Shown here in pieces: positions 32,430 through 47,499 of a stretch of 64,000 bases of DNA. A model generated the notes under the pieces. That model made no database searches, was not told the DNA's origin, and was given only the letters and a program-made list of their open reading frames with translations. The stretch's first letter is position 1, and each line of letters opens with the position of its first letter. This DNA comes from Cycas panzhihuaensis (taxonomy: Eukaryota > Plantae > Cycadophyta): positions 221,719,741-221,783,740 of the forward strand of contig CM041465.1 of assembly GCA_023213395.1 (NCBI GenBank), written 5' to 3'. A program made the position numbers and the translations under genes.

Positions 32430-32810
32430 GTTCCCCCTTTTTTTCCTAAGTTACCTACATTTAGAGGGATCCTTGGACAAGATCCTTCAAGTCACATCAA
32501 AATATTTACTTTTGCATGTGCTTATTACATACCCAATGACCTCTTATTGATGAAAATTTTTTTGAGGACATTGCAAGGTAGTGCACTTAGGTGGTTTCAT
32601 CAATTACCCTATAATTCAACCATCTCATTTCAATAATTGATGGATATCTTCATAAGTGACTTTAATGTCACTTACTTTTTTAGTGGAAGAAAATGCCATT
32701 TTGTGATTAGGCAAAAAGATAAAAAATCTATAAAAGATTTTAAGGATCATTACTTAGATCTTAATGAGGTATGTAGGACTCAAATTTCTAAAGGCTTGAC
32801 CAAATTTATA
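32430..32810 (+). pseudogene. Retrotransposon gag remnant of D
   Basis: PKLPTFRG..GQDPSSHIKIF..AC...KIFLRTLQGSALRWFHQLPYNSTISFQ*LMDIFISDF is a Retrotrans_gag signature and parallels the gag of E. Confidence 0.75.
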
Positions 32811-35800
32811 AATTTTCTATACAACAAACCCATCAATATATAATTTTGCTTTCACCAATTTCTCACCAAGTAGATCCTATCCATGCTAATCCTAAAATTA
32901 TTAATATATTCATACACTCAAGCTTGATTCCATTAAAAGAATACAAAATTAATTTGTGTTATATAAATGTAGTTACTCAATCAATGTCTTCCACTACTCC
33001 CTTTGCATTACAACAGGATGTAGGGTCATCGATTATGACCAGTTTCATAAGTGGATTCCCTATCAATAACATTATATATTCTTTTGTATCTCTCCCAAAG
33101 TTAGATGGTGATCCCTTTTCAGATTAGTCTATTCCTAAAATGGACTCTCATCCTAAGGATGAGGATTGTTGTTCCTCTAATAGTGGCGAGGTCTTAGGAC
33201 CTCTCATTAACTTGTCTTCCATTCGTAATGTAGTGCTACATGTGGAAACTTTATGTGATTTCTTAAGTCAGCTTGATGAGCTTCCTCTCAAGCATGATCA
33301 TGATACTTACCTTGATGATGTTCCTAACTTTCTTGTTGAGTTTTTTGTAGTCCTAACTTGTAGGCACCTTAGGGGTCCTACTTTGAAAACCTTAGTCTTT
33401 AAATTAGGAGAGATTCCCTTCAAAAAGAACTAAACCTGAGCCATTTGAGGGAGATATTCAACCACAAAATGATGAGATTAATTTATCCATTTCTACTACT
33501 AATCAATCTACTCCCCATGTTTCCTTAAGAGTTAAATTTGATTCATAGAGTCTTTCCCTCATCTTGATTAGATTTGGCATAGCTATTATATCAATGCTTA
33601 TTTAATTGGTTTCATAATAGACTTTAGGCATGATTCCATAAGTATTTGCCTTACCTTCCACCACATGCCCATTAAGGCAAGTTGGGGTACTCCAATCTAG
33701 TTCAAACTCCCATATCCTTTAATTTGACATGGAATATTTTTCTCACCTACCTTTTTGGGATCCTCCATGGAGTCCTCTTAATAATGATTCACCTTGATTA
33801 TATTATAAGGAGGTCTCTTTTTTATTAGATCCTATCAGGAATGGCACAACCTTTATTAAGCCTTCATAGGATAATCTTTCAATCCATATTAATTATTATC
33901 GTGAGTTGACTCCATATAACCCACCCTTAACTTATAAACATCTTATACAACATGCTTATGAGGCCAGGACTACTTTGAAACATGTCATATACCATTCCTT
34001 CCAAAGGCTTGACATTCTTTTTAGTCTTAAGTACTTCATCCCCATTAAGTCAATTCCATTTCCCTTTGAGGTAAGGAATCTGATGTCATTAGGAAGAACC
34101 TCTCTTATGGGTTCAAGGCTAACTAGTAACTTGAGGACTTTATTAGACTGTACCCCTAAGGATAATAGTCAGTCTAAGGATTCCTTCAATAAGAAACTTC
34201 TTAGTTTCACCTAAGATTATAATGGCATGGGGTCGTTGCATCTCATTATGACCCCTTACATCATTATGAGGTACTTAACTCAATTATTCTTTCCTGTATA
34301 CTTCAATAACTAGTTTTTCGTTCACACAACAAGCTTTGAGGAATGCTCCCTTATTAAGTTTTTTTAGTCAAGATAGAGTTCTTATTCATTTGGATGACCT
34401 TAGTTCTACTAAAAACCTAAAATGAAACTAACTCCATAATAAGTATAAACTACAACTTTGAACATTCATCTATTACAAAGTATAAACTATAGTAGTCTTC
34501 CCCATCCTCTGAGATGGGCATTTCTCCACAATGAGGGTAAACTATAGCTCTAATATCTTTATTGTTTAATGAGCTAAAACTAGGGAAAATCCTCTTTATC
34601 CTATTTTCACAACCATTACTTTCATACAATAGAATCTTTCATCTTTCTCTACTTCTACTATTGATTAAGTTTTAAGCTCGCTTGTGTATGAATTATTCTT
34701 AGCAACCATGTAAAACTACTATCTCTTTAGTAGACATAAGCTTTGATTAGTAGGCCTACACCTACATATTGGGTGTTTTTGTTAAACCTCTCTTAACCTT
34801 CTCTTCTAAGTTCTAAACTTAGAAGAGAAGTCAAGCCCTTAACTCCATCCTTAAAGTTGTAACTAGATATAGAAACTAAGTTGTCAATTTTAGTTAATGC
34901 ATGGGATACTTTATTCTCTTTTGATGCTTATCTAGTATAGAGGCTTGGTTTACTTATACACCTCTCATATATATTTATTTAATCTTGTATTTAGTATGAT
35001 CCTTGGTATTCTTTTATTATACTCACAAGGTTGTTACTCATTCTACTGACTTCCCTCTATGCTTAGAGACATTGTGATTTAGAGATCCTTTCTTGTCTTG
35101 TGATTTAATCCTTAAGGGATTCAATTAATTCCCCTTATTTTCTTAGTTTCATTAAAAAAATATTATCCTTGTTATACTATGAGAAGATGTTTCATGATTA
35201 GGTAATTCATGTGTTGCGTGTTTTCTCTTCATCTTAGACTAGTAAAAATCGCATGATGATTGCAGTTAAGGTGGTAAATGAGTATCTTCTAGAAAGTAGA
35301 TTCGGTGATGCTTAGTTCATCATGACCCTCATCTGAATTATCATATGGAATGATATAGTCGATAGTGATTAGAAAGTCAATCAAAAACAAAAGGGGAAAA
35401 AAAAAAAAAGAAAAAAAGAAAAAAAAAAAAGTGAGTCAAAAAGGAAAAAAAAACGTATCAAAAGTAAGTGAGTAAAGTTGTCTATTTATTTTTAACAACC
35501 TCTTACTATCTAAAGTAAGTTGTGTGATGACTTCATCTCCACCTACATTCATTGTAGGCTAGGTTTATTTTGGTGCATTATTTAGGACCTTTAGATCTAA
35601 TTACTTTGGCCCACTATGGCCTCAAGTGTGATCGAAAGCTATTTGACATCATTGTAGTCTTTGTTGTCAATTTGGTCATGATCTTAGCTCTCTCATTTTA
35701 TAGTTGAAACTAACTCCCTTCTTATAATAACCAATTCCTCATAAATTTATTCTCACATCTTCCCTTATTGATCACTTAGTCTTTGATTATTATTCCTCTT

Positions 35801-36229
35801 TTTCCATGGAATTAAGTATACATACTAATAGAGGTAGTAAAGCTAACCTAGGACCATCTACAACTGCACAGATAATTTATGATCAATTAAGTAATCTTTT
35901 AATCTCTATTAGATTATTTCTACCTCGAGGAATAAATAATGGAGTTGAATATATAGTGATCATAGAAGCTTAAATAGATATATTGTACTCTTACCATAGT
36001 CTTGTTAAATTATACTCTGATTCTTAAGAAGTAGTCTATCAACTAGTTGGTGCATATCGTATCCACTCTCCTCAATTACACACCCTTCATAATCATGCTT
36101 TGTTATTAGTTTTATCCTTTTGTTAATTACTATACAGTATGTCTCATGCAATTCCAATATAGAAGATGACTCCTTAGTATCTCATATTTTAGATAACTAT
36201 CTTGGATAACTCTTAGTTTAAGCAGAGGC

Positions 36230-36326
36230 ACTACTTTGAAATGAGTATAAACTACCACTCAAAAATAAGTGTAAACTACCACTCTGAAATGAGCATAAAC
36301 TATCCCTCTGAAATGAGTGTAAATTG
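36230..36326 (+). repeat. 24-bp tandem repeat x4 (ACTACCACTCTGAAATGAGTATAA-like)
   Basis: Directly visible, within D's internal region. Confidence 0.85.
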
Positions 36327-39300
36327 ACATGTAAATATTATTATCCAAAAACTAAAATAATTTTTTAATATTTTTTTACTAGGTATAAGATAGAGCATAT
36401 ATAGCATATATATGAAGCCAATCAAATACACATCACAAAATAGGGAAATAGGGGGTAATGAGGTTAGAGTTAATATCTTTATTTACGCATACAATCTCTA
36501 AAAGCAAATATGGTAATAGCATATATACATGAAATCAAGTAACTACATCAAGATCCATATACAAAACTATAGTTATATAGCTTCCCTAGGCATATACAAA
36601 TCATCATAGCTATATATACTCTCATATCCTAATGCTAATGGAGTTCATACATATCTCCCTCCTAACCCTCTCCTTATTTACATGCTCACTCATATGAAGG
36701 ATAATGAGAACTGCTCTGCCCTCCTCCCTGATGGTGGCTATGAGAATGACTATATGATAACTCTCTCCTACAAGGGCCATGTTTGCCTTGTTGAACATTG
36801 GTGCTACCTGAAGGAGTCATATGTCCACCTACTTATAAATGTTCATCCTTCATAAATGATATCATACATCCTCAACTAGTCACAACTTTGTCTCTTGTAG
36901 TCTTAGTTATACAACTATATCCTAATATATATCTCATTCTCACATAGTTAGAGGAAAATGCTCAATGCAAGAACTAAATAATGCTCGATCATTAGTATGC
37001 CATGTTGGAGGATCCTCTACAGTAAATGCATATGGGTAAAGGATATCCAAGATCCTTCTCACATCACAAAGTGACACCATCTCATCACATATTACATAAA
37101 TATGTTATGATTAATCAATGTATCTGTTTCCTAGCTACCAAGAATAGGTATGGACAAGTCAACTCAGGTAAGTATAGGTACGGTTCTATCATTTTCCTTG
37201 GTGAATTTTAGAAAGGTAAATTGAAGCACCTCCTTGTTTTCATTACATGATTGATTGGTTTGTTTGCATGACCATTATGCATATGTTGCATGATCATGCT
37301 GCATGACATCATTTCAGCCTATGACGATATAGGGATATTGATCTTAATGGCACTCTACAACCCTCCTACCTGTCTCTATATTGTCCTAAGCACATTTTCA
37401 AAATATTTATCACATTTTTAGTGTGTACTCTATATTTTTATCCTATGTGTTTCTCGGCTACCACAAATAGATCAGGAGATGGAAACCCATAGGTAAGTGA
37501 AGGTGCGTGTCTCTTCCCCACTCGCAACTTTACAGTTACATTGTTGGGTCTTGGGTGCTGGTTGAATGCATTCTTGACACTTGCCTAGCTTGCCTATTTC
37601 TCTTTTATGTCGATGATGATCAAGACTCTGGTCTAATGGCCTTAGATCCCCCCATTGTAGCCTAATGGTTGACAAGGCAACCCTTCCACATTCCCTGTGA
37701 CATCATCCCCATTAGATTTTGGCTTATTACTACTTGTTTCACTCCATTCTTTTACTCTGACTATATGTGATTAGTCACTTAGAGACCTCAAGACTAGTTT
37801 ATAGGAGTTTCAAGTGGAAGCGTGTAGTTCCATGGTCATCTTTTGATATACTATTGTTATACCACTCTAATTATTGTTTATGCCACAGAGTGTTTTACGG
37901 TACTGCAGATATATTTGTGGTAGTACAAATAACTTCATGGTGTGACTATTACTATAGGCACTCGTGGCCAATAAAATTTAAATTTCGCCATTAATATTCC
38001 CTTGTCAGAGCTGGCACACCATGGTAGGCCCATATGGATGCACATCAGTCCAGGGAAGCTTGCTAATTAATCAAATTACCATTTTTATTTGAATTAGAGT
38101 AGGATTTTTCAAATCAAACCATGGTGATCCATGGTTTTCAGGGGGATGGTTTCATACATGAAACCACCAACCCAATACCTAAATTCTAGATATAAAACTC
38201 CTTAGTTTGAAAGACCAGGGGCTTCTTCCTCTCATGGTTTTCTTGGCTTCTAATTAAACTCACTCTCTTAAGAGTTAGAATTGAGATTCTTCTATGGATT
38301 CAATCCAAATTATAAGAATTCTCATGTTGGATGGATAAGTTCTAAGGATTTTCTTGATTATATTCAATGGAAACTTTCATATTTAGCTCAGTTCTTGGCT
38401 ACTTATCTCTATTTTTCTCATTCCTAAGCTTCAATATTATGGATCACAACTATTTTTGGCTTCACTTCCTTGAAACATTTTAGAGACTCACTTAATTGGG
38501 TAAAAGATACTACATAGTTGTTATCATTTCATTGGAGGAGGAATTGGGAGGATACACCAATAGCTTTAGGAAGTCTTAGGAAGATTCTAGGTGGAACAAT
38601 CAACTGTTATACCCCACTCTTTGGGTAATCCCCTTCCAAGCTATACAGTGTTATACTCCTTAGTGCATACACCTTCCACTCCAATATTGGCCATGCTGCC
38701 ACATGATACTATGATTACATGATATTAACCATTTAGAATCCCCTTAGTTGTTGTGTTCCACATCACTTTTATTGATTTTTTGCCTACATTGTAGGGATTG
38801 GAAGACTCCCCTTGTCTTCACCAAGGAAACCACATTCATTGCGGAGGCTAGTGCCATCCTTAGGCACCCCTCACCTCTTTTTTTTATCTTTGCCACTCAT
38901 CTTATACTTTGTTCTCTTGGAAGAAATACTCATACTCAAATGTACTGCTTGTATTCTTCTTAGCCATGTGTAGAAGGTAGATTATGATATATATATTGTA
39001 AATACTACTTGTGGGTAGTCTTCTAACATACATGTAAGGTGGAGAGAAAGCCCCTTCAAAATAGCTTGAAGGACATGGAGGTGAACTACATCCCTCAAGG
39101 TAAGCTCTATTTACATTTTAGCATATTCTTTGGTTTCTTTGCTTCTCTTTTGTTTACACATCATTTCTGGTTAAGTTGGGGTTAGGTAAGTGGAGCCCCT
39201 TTCATCCTAAACCTCTTGCACTACAAAGGAGCTTGTGAGAAAAGCAAAGGGAAATCAAGGAGGATCAAGGGATGGAACATCTCCAAACGTCATGGACTAG

Positions 39301-40365
39301 GTGCATGCTTCTAAAAACCTTATTCTCCTTATATTTGTTTTACTCTTTATTAAAGCTCTTACCTCTAAATCCCTCAGCATAACAAACTTCTCTTCCCCCC
39401 TTTTGTGATTAGTTTTCATTGTTTGCATAATCATTAAAAGAAAAGGGGTAAAGGTTTTTAATGGACATCTTTTGTTGCATGTAGGAAGAAGGGTCATTTT
39501 AAAGGATAAGTTATTTTTCTCTTATTTATCTTTTTTATAAGAGGCATATTAGAGAACATTTGGACTACATGTAGAAAATAGCATCTACTCTCTATTTTCC
39601 TTGTTATATCTCTCATATGCATTTATATCTCTTTTCTTGATTAATATATGATTCTATAACTCTTTTGAGATATGAGAGAAAAGAAAAAGTAATGAGAGTG
39701 AGGCTTAATATCTTCTACATACTATTTGTTTATCAGATTCCTTAGTCATTTCCTCTTTTTTGCAACACAGACACAAACAAAACCATATTAATAACAAATC
39801 TTAAGAGAAGCACACCATTACTTCACATATCTAATGATCAAACAAGAAAAATAATTTAGACCTCTACTCATGTTTTCACTTACCTTTACCATCCTACCCT
39901 CATCCCATGAGGGAACCTTTAGCCTCTTCTCCCAAAGAGAATAAGAGAAACCCTCACTTAGGCAACTCAATAATCTGAGAGGGCTAAGCCACCTACATGC
40001 CAATTGCATCTACATACCAACCAAATCTAAAACCTTATATGTAGAGAAGGGAACATGCATTATGCGAGTCCCGAATCCACACCCAAGTGGTGCATAAATG
40101 CTCTTTGTGGGAAAACAAGAGCCATATCATATCCCTTTAGACTTTCATACCCTAAGTCTATCGCATATAGGTGCACAGTTATTTCTAATCTCCCCACAAG
40201 CATGCTTCCATTAGTGACCATACTAGGGACTCGCTAGTAAGGATACCTTAAGACTCTTTTGGTAGTCTTGTGCTAGCCTCTTCTCTCCTCATAACATTGT
40301 GTTAGTTTGTTGTATTATCCCAAAACCTTTTTTTAGATTAATCTTCCTACTTCCAAGATTCTTTG

Positions 40366-40952
40366 GTTAAGACTTGAATATGATGCTTCTCTCATTACCT
40401 ATATAGCCTCTCTCTTATGGAAGTAGAGCCCTATTACTCTTCCATTATTACATTTGATATGGGGTTGCCAATGGAGGGGTACCCCCCATTAGATTAGGCT
40501 TACCATTATTTTGCTTCTAATTAGCCCCACCTTGAGACTTCTTATCCCCATCAACTTCTTGCTCAAGGGGGCAATGATCCAACCTATTACCTAGATGAGC
40601 AACTAGAGGTCCACCTAGACCTTTCCACCTTTCTTATGCATGTCGTAAGAGGACCTTTCCTTGTTAAGACTTGAATGTGATGCTTCTCTCATCACCTATG
40701 TGGGTTCCCCCTTATGGAAGTAGAGCCCTATTACTCTTCCATTGCTACATCTAATATGGGGTTGCCAATGGAGAGGTACCCATCAAATTATTCTTACTAT
40801 TCTTTTGCTTCTGATTGGCCCCCTGAGACTTCTTATCCCCATAAAGATCCTACTCAAAGGGGCTATGATCTAACCCATTACCTGGATGAGTAACCAGAAG
40901 TCCATTAGGACCTTCCCACCTTTCCTATGCATGTCATAGGAGGACCTTTCCC
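40366..40952 (+). repeat. ~295 bp tandem duplication in the leader of E
   Basis: Units 40366-40662 and 40663-40952 both begin GTTAAGACTTGAAT and end GAGGACCTTTCC. Confidence 0.9.
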
Positions 40953-41949
40953 TATATACCCATCTCACTTTGGTCAAAAGACTCTTACAAGTTATCCCCT
41001 AAGTTTTAGTCTTTATGAGGAACCCTCCACCTCGTATGATTAAATGGGTACTCCTCCAAGAGATGTGGTGGAAGCATTGAGGCAATGCTTTAAAGCTACA
41101 AGTGCTCAACTACCTCCTAAGTGGCTAAAGTGCTTGCTACAGAGCTCGATAGCCTCTTCTTCTACCATTATCCCCCTACATCATCTCAGCCTGTATCCTC
41201 TTCATCTTTAAAGCCTAGTTCTATGGTTCTCATACCCATGAGTGCTCCCTTGACTCAAGGGATGCCCTGCGGTATACCAACCTCCCAAATAGGGTTAAGC
41301 ATACCTCATTTATAAACAGTTAAACCATAATTAATCATCACTCATATCCCTTCAGTCCCACTTATGGTGCCGTTACATTCCTATAATTTGGGACATGGGG
41401 TATCCATTCCTATTTACCCTTATCTACAACCTATGGATGCTTCACTCTATATATCCCAAAGATATACATCATAGCCTTAGGGACATGGGGGATCAAACCC
41501 CCTCCCTACTTATGGGGTGGACTCACTCCACCCCTATGGGATTGCCCCTCTTATAGGGGGGCCTTACAGGAAAAATGTGGTCCCCTACCCTATGCCACTC
41601 ATGCATATGCTACTTCATGCATAGTTGCTCCATAAGAGGGACCCACTCTCCCTCACATCCTACATTCCCATGCATTTGCCCCTTCGAGGGCATACCATAT
41701 TTTTTTTCTATGCATGTGGTGCACCCTCATGGTGGGTTGAGGCCTTCTCACCTATCCCCATACATGATATATACCTATGTGGTGGCAGCCCCTTCTTATT
41801 AATCAGGAGGAAACCCTCATCCTCCTTATAGTTATCCCTCTACCTCACGCACGATAAAAGTGGGTATCTATATCCATCTCCTTCTTCTTCCCAGGTTGAT
41901 CTGCTAACTCAACTAGAGGTTTGCCCCTTCTTTAACTATTATTCAACCC

Positions 41950-44900
41950 CTCTATCCATTGAGGCCCTTAGGACTAACCTAGTGCCTCATCCCCCCAAAG
42001 TACCTAAATTTGATGATACTTCTTCGTAGGACCTAATCAAACATGCTAGGGGCTTTGCCATGGCATGCATTGATTATTGGGCCTACAATCATATTCTAAT
42101 AAAACTATTCATAAGATCCCTTCAAGGAGATGTTTTAAAATGGTTTTATCATCTCCCTGCTCATTCTATTTTCACTTTCTAATAGTTAGTTGATGAGTTC
42201 ATCAACTACTTCGATGTGGCTAGACCCTTTGAAAGTGGGGTCAAAGCCTTTTTATCAGTAAAATAAGACAAGGCCATGATGAACTTAATCATGACTTTAT
42301 GAGGCGATTCCATGATCTCCTTCACTCCTCTAAGGCCACTTTACTTAAAGAGTTGAAGAGAGATATCTTTGTCAATGCCTTACGCCCTGAGGTATACATC
42401 GAAGTCCTTAAGATGGGGGCGATGTTATGCGACTTCACCATAGTTAAATGTTTGGTGTTAGAAGCTATTGAGATAGAAGTGAGTCTCAAGAAACCCCTAG
42501 GTAATCATAGTGCTGCAAGGCAGCCCCTCCACCACATGACCAAAATGGTCAGCAATAGCCTCTAAGGCTTCCTACTAGTGTAGTCAATAGAATCTTAGAT
42601 CCTCTTAATGTAGTTGTGTGTTCCTTTGAGTATATGGTTAGAGAGTTAAAACTTCAACCAACTCAAACCTCTTTAAAATCACATAAACCTGTGCACTAAA
42701 TATCTTAAACTTTGCCACCTAAGGGTGGAAGTACCCAAACTTCTCAAAGGAGGAAGGCAAAACCTGCTTTTGAGAAGAAGTGGTATTTCGTGCATGGAGA
42801 ATGCCTACACGAGGATTCTCAATATTGGTCGCAACACCCTAACTCATACCATTTCATGATTACTTTCCTCAAAAGGCTTCTAAGCCCAACCTAGAATAAC
42901 TTGTTCACCAATATCCTTTCCCAAACTATAGGGAACAAGCTTAGCCTACCCAAGGTGGGCACAAAAAAGGAGATGATTCCCTACTCCTTCCTTCAACTAA
43001 ACAAAGAGGAAGGGGCCAAGGGATCTGTCTCCTCTAATAAGTCTAAGGCCCTAGTGCCCCTCATCCTCTGAACCCAAAAATAAAGGGAAGATGGTGATTT
43101 AGATGTTGGAGACAACCCATGTGTGCCCCATCACATGGTCTCAAGTTATAAAAGAGGTTGGTGAAGCCTCTACTTTGTAATAAGACCCTCCTATAGATAA
43201 CCCACCTACAGAGGTTCCAGTGATCTCAAATACCATTCCAAGTCATCCTAGACATTATAACTTTTGGAGGGCACTTCCTCAACCTATTGGAAAGGGGAAG
43301 GCCTTTTCTATAATTGAGGAGATTCACACCGTGTCCGCAGATATACCCATGATGGATGTCTTGCAGAGTTTCCTCAAGTAGTAGACTCTTCTCCTAAAGG
43401 TCATTGGCCAAAAGGATGTCCCTATCCATTCTGTGGATACCACCTCTAGTGGGTCATTCAATATCTCTTTCAACCCAAGGGACCTTCCTTCTACTAGTGA
43501 AAGAGAGCACTTGTGGTATTATCCCTTCACCACTAGTATTAATACCCTGTATTTCACATTAAAGAGGATTGTTATAGATAATGGTTGTTTGGTCAATGCC
43601 ATGGCCATACACATGGTGGATAGGCTAAATATAGGGGCCCTTGAAATGGTCCCATAAAGGTGCCAAGGCTACGATGCTAGCAAAAAGGCACCCCTAGGAG
43701 CAGTAACTCTCCTACTCAGCCTAAAAGATAAAATAGTACAAATAGATATTGTGGTCCTCGATATTGACATGGACTACAACCCCTTGTCAGGTCGCTCATG
43801 GCTTAGCCTAATGGGAGTTATTTGCTCTTCTAGGTGGGGGCAACTCAAGTTTGTTCATGAAGGGCAAATAAAGGTCATCACTCGAAAAACCCCTCCTAGT
43901 CGACTACCATGTCAACCATGCTAGGAAATCTTGGAGATAGTCAATGTGGCTAAGGATTTATCCAACCTATCGCTTACTAATTCTATTGATATTGAAAACC
44001 CCTAGGAATAGGGGGATGTATATCCCTCTCAACTGAATTTGATTTGTTTTTCCCCCATTTGTGTAGCGAGCTATGGATATTTAGTTGTCTTAAGCGACTA
44101 AGAGTCTGATGATAACTATGAGGAATTCTCCCATCAAATCTCCCTTCTTAACATGTGAAGGGGACAACCCCCTCATCCCTTCATGTGTCCTATGTTCCAG
44201 CATAGGACCAACATTGGGATGGAGGGCCTTCACTTGGTTGACATAGTAAAGCCTCCTCCTATTCCATTTTAGTGCTGATATACTATTAGCTTGCTAAAAT
44301 GTATAGACCCCTAACCTACTTGTCAACATTCTACTTTGGGAGCCCCTTAACCCTTGTTATCCTCTAAAGATGATGATGATGTTGAGTCTCTCTTCTCTCA
44401 TGATGGGTCCATCATTTATGATCCTAACCTTAGCCAACATTTTCCTCCACGAGATAGGATATGGCACCATAAGAGGGTGCACTCTAATTCTTTAGAGGAG
44501 TCCCCCCACTAAGTTAACTGGTTGGATGATTGCTACTGGCCTGTCACCCCCCTGCTTACTTCCCAACCTCACTCAGTAAGACTATCTATGGGATACATTA
44601 CTTTGAGAATGACAAAGCTCTATTAGAATATTTAGTGGGATCCATACCTAATCTACCTTTTGGACACCACAAACGTGGTTTCTAGAAGTGTTTGACTATT
44701 GGATCATGCCTAGCTAAGCCAAACTAATCAATGACTCCTCCACATCCACCAGTTAACCAAGCTCCCTTCGACTTTAAGGAAGGGAATACCATGTATGTAG
44801 GGGTAATCAAGGACATCATCCTCACCCTCGATAAGTTCATCAATGTCATAGAAAAATGTTCTCCTTAAGAAATAGAGGAGTATACCTAGCTGTTTCAAGA

Positions 44901-46815
44901 GTTCCTTGATGTTTTTGCATGGGACTATTTGGATAAGAAGGGCATAAACCTTAACATCATTACTCACAAACTTACCACCATCTTGGGCACTTTCTCTGTG
45001 AGATAAAAGCAGCACCCCTTACACCCAAAATTATCCATTGCAATTAAAATAGAAGTTGAAAAGATGCTAGACATAGGTCTTATAACTTCCATCAATTACC
45101 CTAGATGGGTTTCCAACATCGTGCCTATTTCCAAAAAGAACGGGGCCATCAAAATTTATGTTGACTTTAGAGACATTAACAATGTATACCCTAAGGACAA
45201 CTTTCTCCTTTTATTTATCAATCAAATCATTAATCACACTACTAGTTTTGAAGTTATGACTTTAATAGATGGCTTCTCTAGTTGTAACCAAATATAACTA
45301 TCTCCTGAGGACTGCTACAAGACAATCTTTACCACTCCTTGGGGGATGTTTGCATATAAAGACATGCCCTTTAGTTTGACAAATATTGGCACTACCTACC
45401 AAAGTGCCATACAATTCATATTCCATGATCTTATTAATAAGACTATTAAAGTTTTTATAGATGACATGATGGGCCTTTCCTAAAGGAGGGTCGATCACTC
45501 TATGAACCTTAAAGTAATTTTCACAAGGTGTCACGAATACCATGTTAGCCTAAATCTTCTCAAATGCATCTTTATAATGATAGCTAATAAACTTTTAGGG
45601 TTTCTTATTTCCAAATAAGGAATCAAAGTTGACCTTGATAAGTTCAAAGAGATAGTTAGGATGCCTCCCCTAAGAATAAAACAAGAAATCAAGTTGTTCG
45701 GGGAGACTAGGTTTCTTAAGGCATTTTCTAGCGAACTTTGCCATAAACACCAAACCTTTAACCAACTTGCTAAAGAAGGGGACTCCTTTTGTTTGGTCCC
45801 CTAAGGCCTAAGAAGCCTTTTAGGAGCTTAAATGAGCCCTTGTATTGACTCCTATATTGGCCCCTCCTCTTTTTGATCACCCTTTTATCCTATATACTTT
45901 GGTAACTGATGAATCCCTAAGGGCTATGCTAGCCTAGGAAGATGACTCTAACATTGAATAAGTTATCTATTTCATCAGTCACACCCTTGTGGCAGTAGAG
46001 ATAAACTATCTGCTAGTTGAACAAGAATGCCTTATGCTAGTTTATGCCACTAAAAAATTTAGATATTACCTCCTTAGTAACACTACTTATATGATCATCC
46101 AATCTGATCCCTTGAGATACCTTTTGACTAGATCTAACTTGATAGGAAAGGCTAGAAAATAGGTCATCCTCCTTCAAGAATATGATATGAAGATCATTAA
46201 TTGAGAATCCAAGAAAGGAATAATCATTGCAGAATAGTTGGCAGATGCCCCCATGTCAAATTCTCTCAAGGTTCTGATTGATGACTCATTACCTAGTGAA
46301 TCTATTCTAGCTCTTCAACATACCAATGCCTATCTATTCACTAATAACAAATGGTATAGAGACATAGTTAATTACCTAATCCAACAACAATACCCTGTTA
46401 ATGCTAGTGACAAAGTCAAGTCGTGTATAAGGGCCTTTGCATGATAATACTTTCTCATGGAGGACGTATTGTATAAATGATCATTTGGTAGTATCCTCCT
46501 CTACTATGTCAACCTAGATAAGACTGACTAGATTCTTCATGAATTCCATAGTGGCATTTGTGGAGAGGCTAATCAATGGCCCAAAGGATCCTACATATGG
46601 GATAATACTAGCCAACCTTGTTTAAAGATGCCCATGCTTATGCTCAATGTTGTTGCCATTACTAAGAGCACACCAATGACATTCACTAACCTTCTGAGGT
46701 ACTGCATGCAGTGGTCTCTCCATGGTCATTCTCCCAATGGGGATTAGATTTGATTGGATCCATTACCCCACCATCCTTAGCCCAACATAAATTTATCCTA
46801 ATTGCAATAGTATAT
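41950..46815 (+). pseudogene. gag-protease-RT-RNase H-integrase(N-terminal part) pseudogene of E
   Basis: gag KLFIRSLQGDVLKWFYHLP; protease RIVIDNGCLVNAM and YNPLSGRSWL; RT YPRWVSNIVPISKKNGAIKIYVDFRDINNVYPKDNF, DGFSSCNQI and FIDDMM; RNase H FILYT..TDESLRAML and EQECLMLVYATKKFRYYLL; integrase HEFHSGICG and WSFSQWGLDLIG, then breaking off. Confidence 0.92.
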
Positions 46816-47499
46816 GTGGTACCATAGAAAATACCGTGATATTAGCATCTCCAAACTTAAAACTAGAAAATTAAATCCTAAACTACCCCCATTTGGTCCT
46901 AAGGTAGACCCATCAGGACCAAGGTACCCAAAAACCCTAGTCTAGCCTTTTACAGGTCCCTACATGGGTTTCGTTAGGCCCCATAACCCCAAAATGGGCA
47001 CTATCTGACTATTAAAATGCATGAAAGCAAAAAGTAGAATGGACCCAAAGATGTAGATTTTTAGTGATGATGATTTTTAACTTTTCCCCAAGGGAAGCCT
47101 CTTATCCCAGAACTCACCTGTTCAAAAACCTATTAGTGTTTATACTCTTTAGATTTATATTAATACATTGATCTTATATTTCATAGCTATATTAGACCTC
47201 TTATCACTTGGCGAAATCTTGTCCTCCCATTCGAGTTCCTTATTAGGATTTTAATAAACCTTGGGCACAAGTTGTGAATTCTTTTCATTGTCACCTCTTC
47301 CTTCCACAGGGCAGACCCTCCACGAGCCTTATTGCCTAGCCATAGATTTTTCCTATACTCTTAGTGAGCAGTTATTTGGATTATTATGACTTTTTAGGAC
47401 TCATCATACTTCACCCAGATCTCTTCTCTTTTAGCATTCTTTCCTCGTGAAAGGGCAGCATTAACCTACCTTTTATAGTTGTAGTTATCACCCTTCACT

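Noticed and set aside
36400-37440. Possible antisense extra ORF in D's 3' region, as seen in some Tat elements
   Set aside because: Too many stops and no motif I could recognise.
38748-40009. Short ORFs repeated at 49660-49851 and 50719-50910, suggesting a conserved gene pair
   Set aside because: They are duplicated only because they lie in the two LTRs of E; no recognisable domain.
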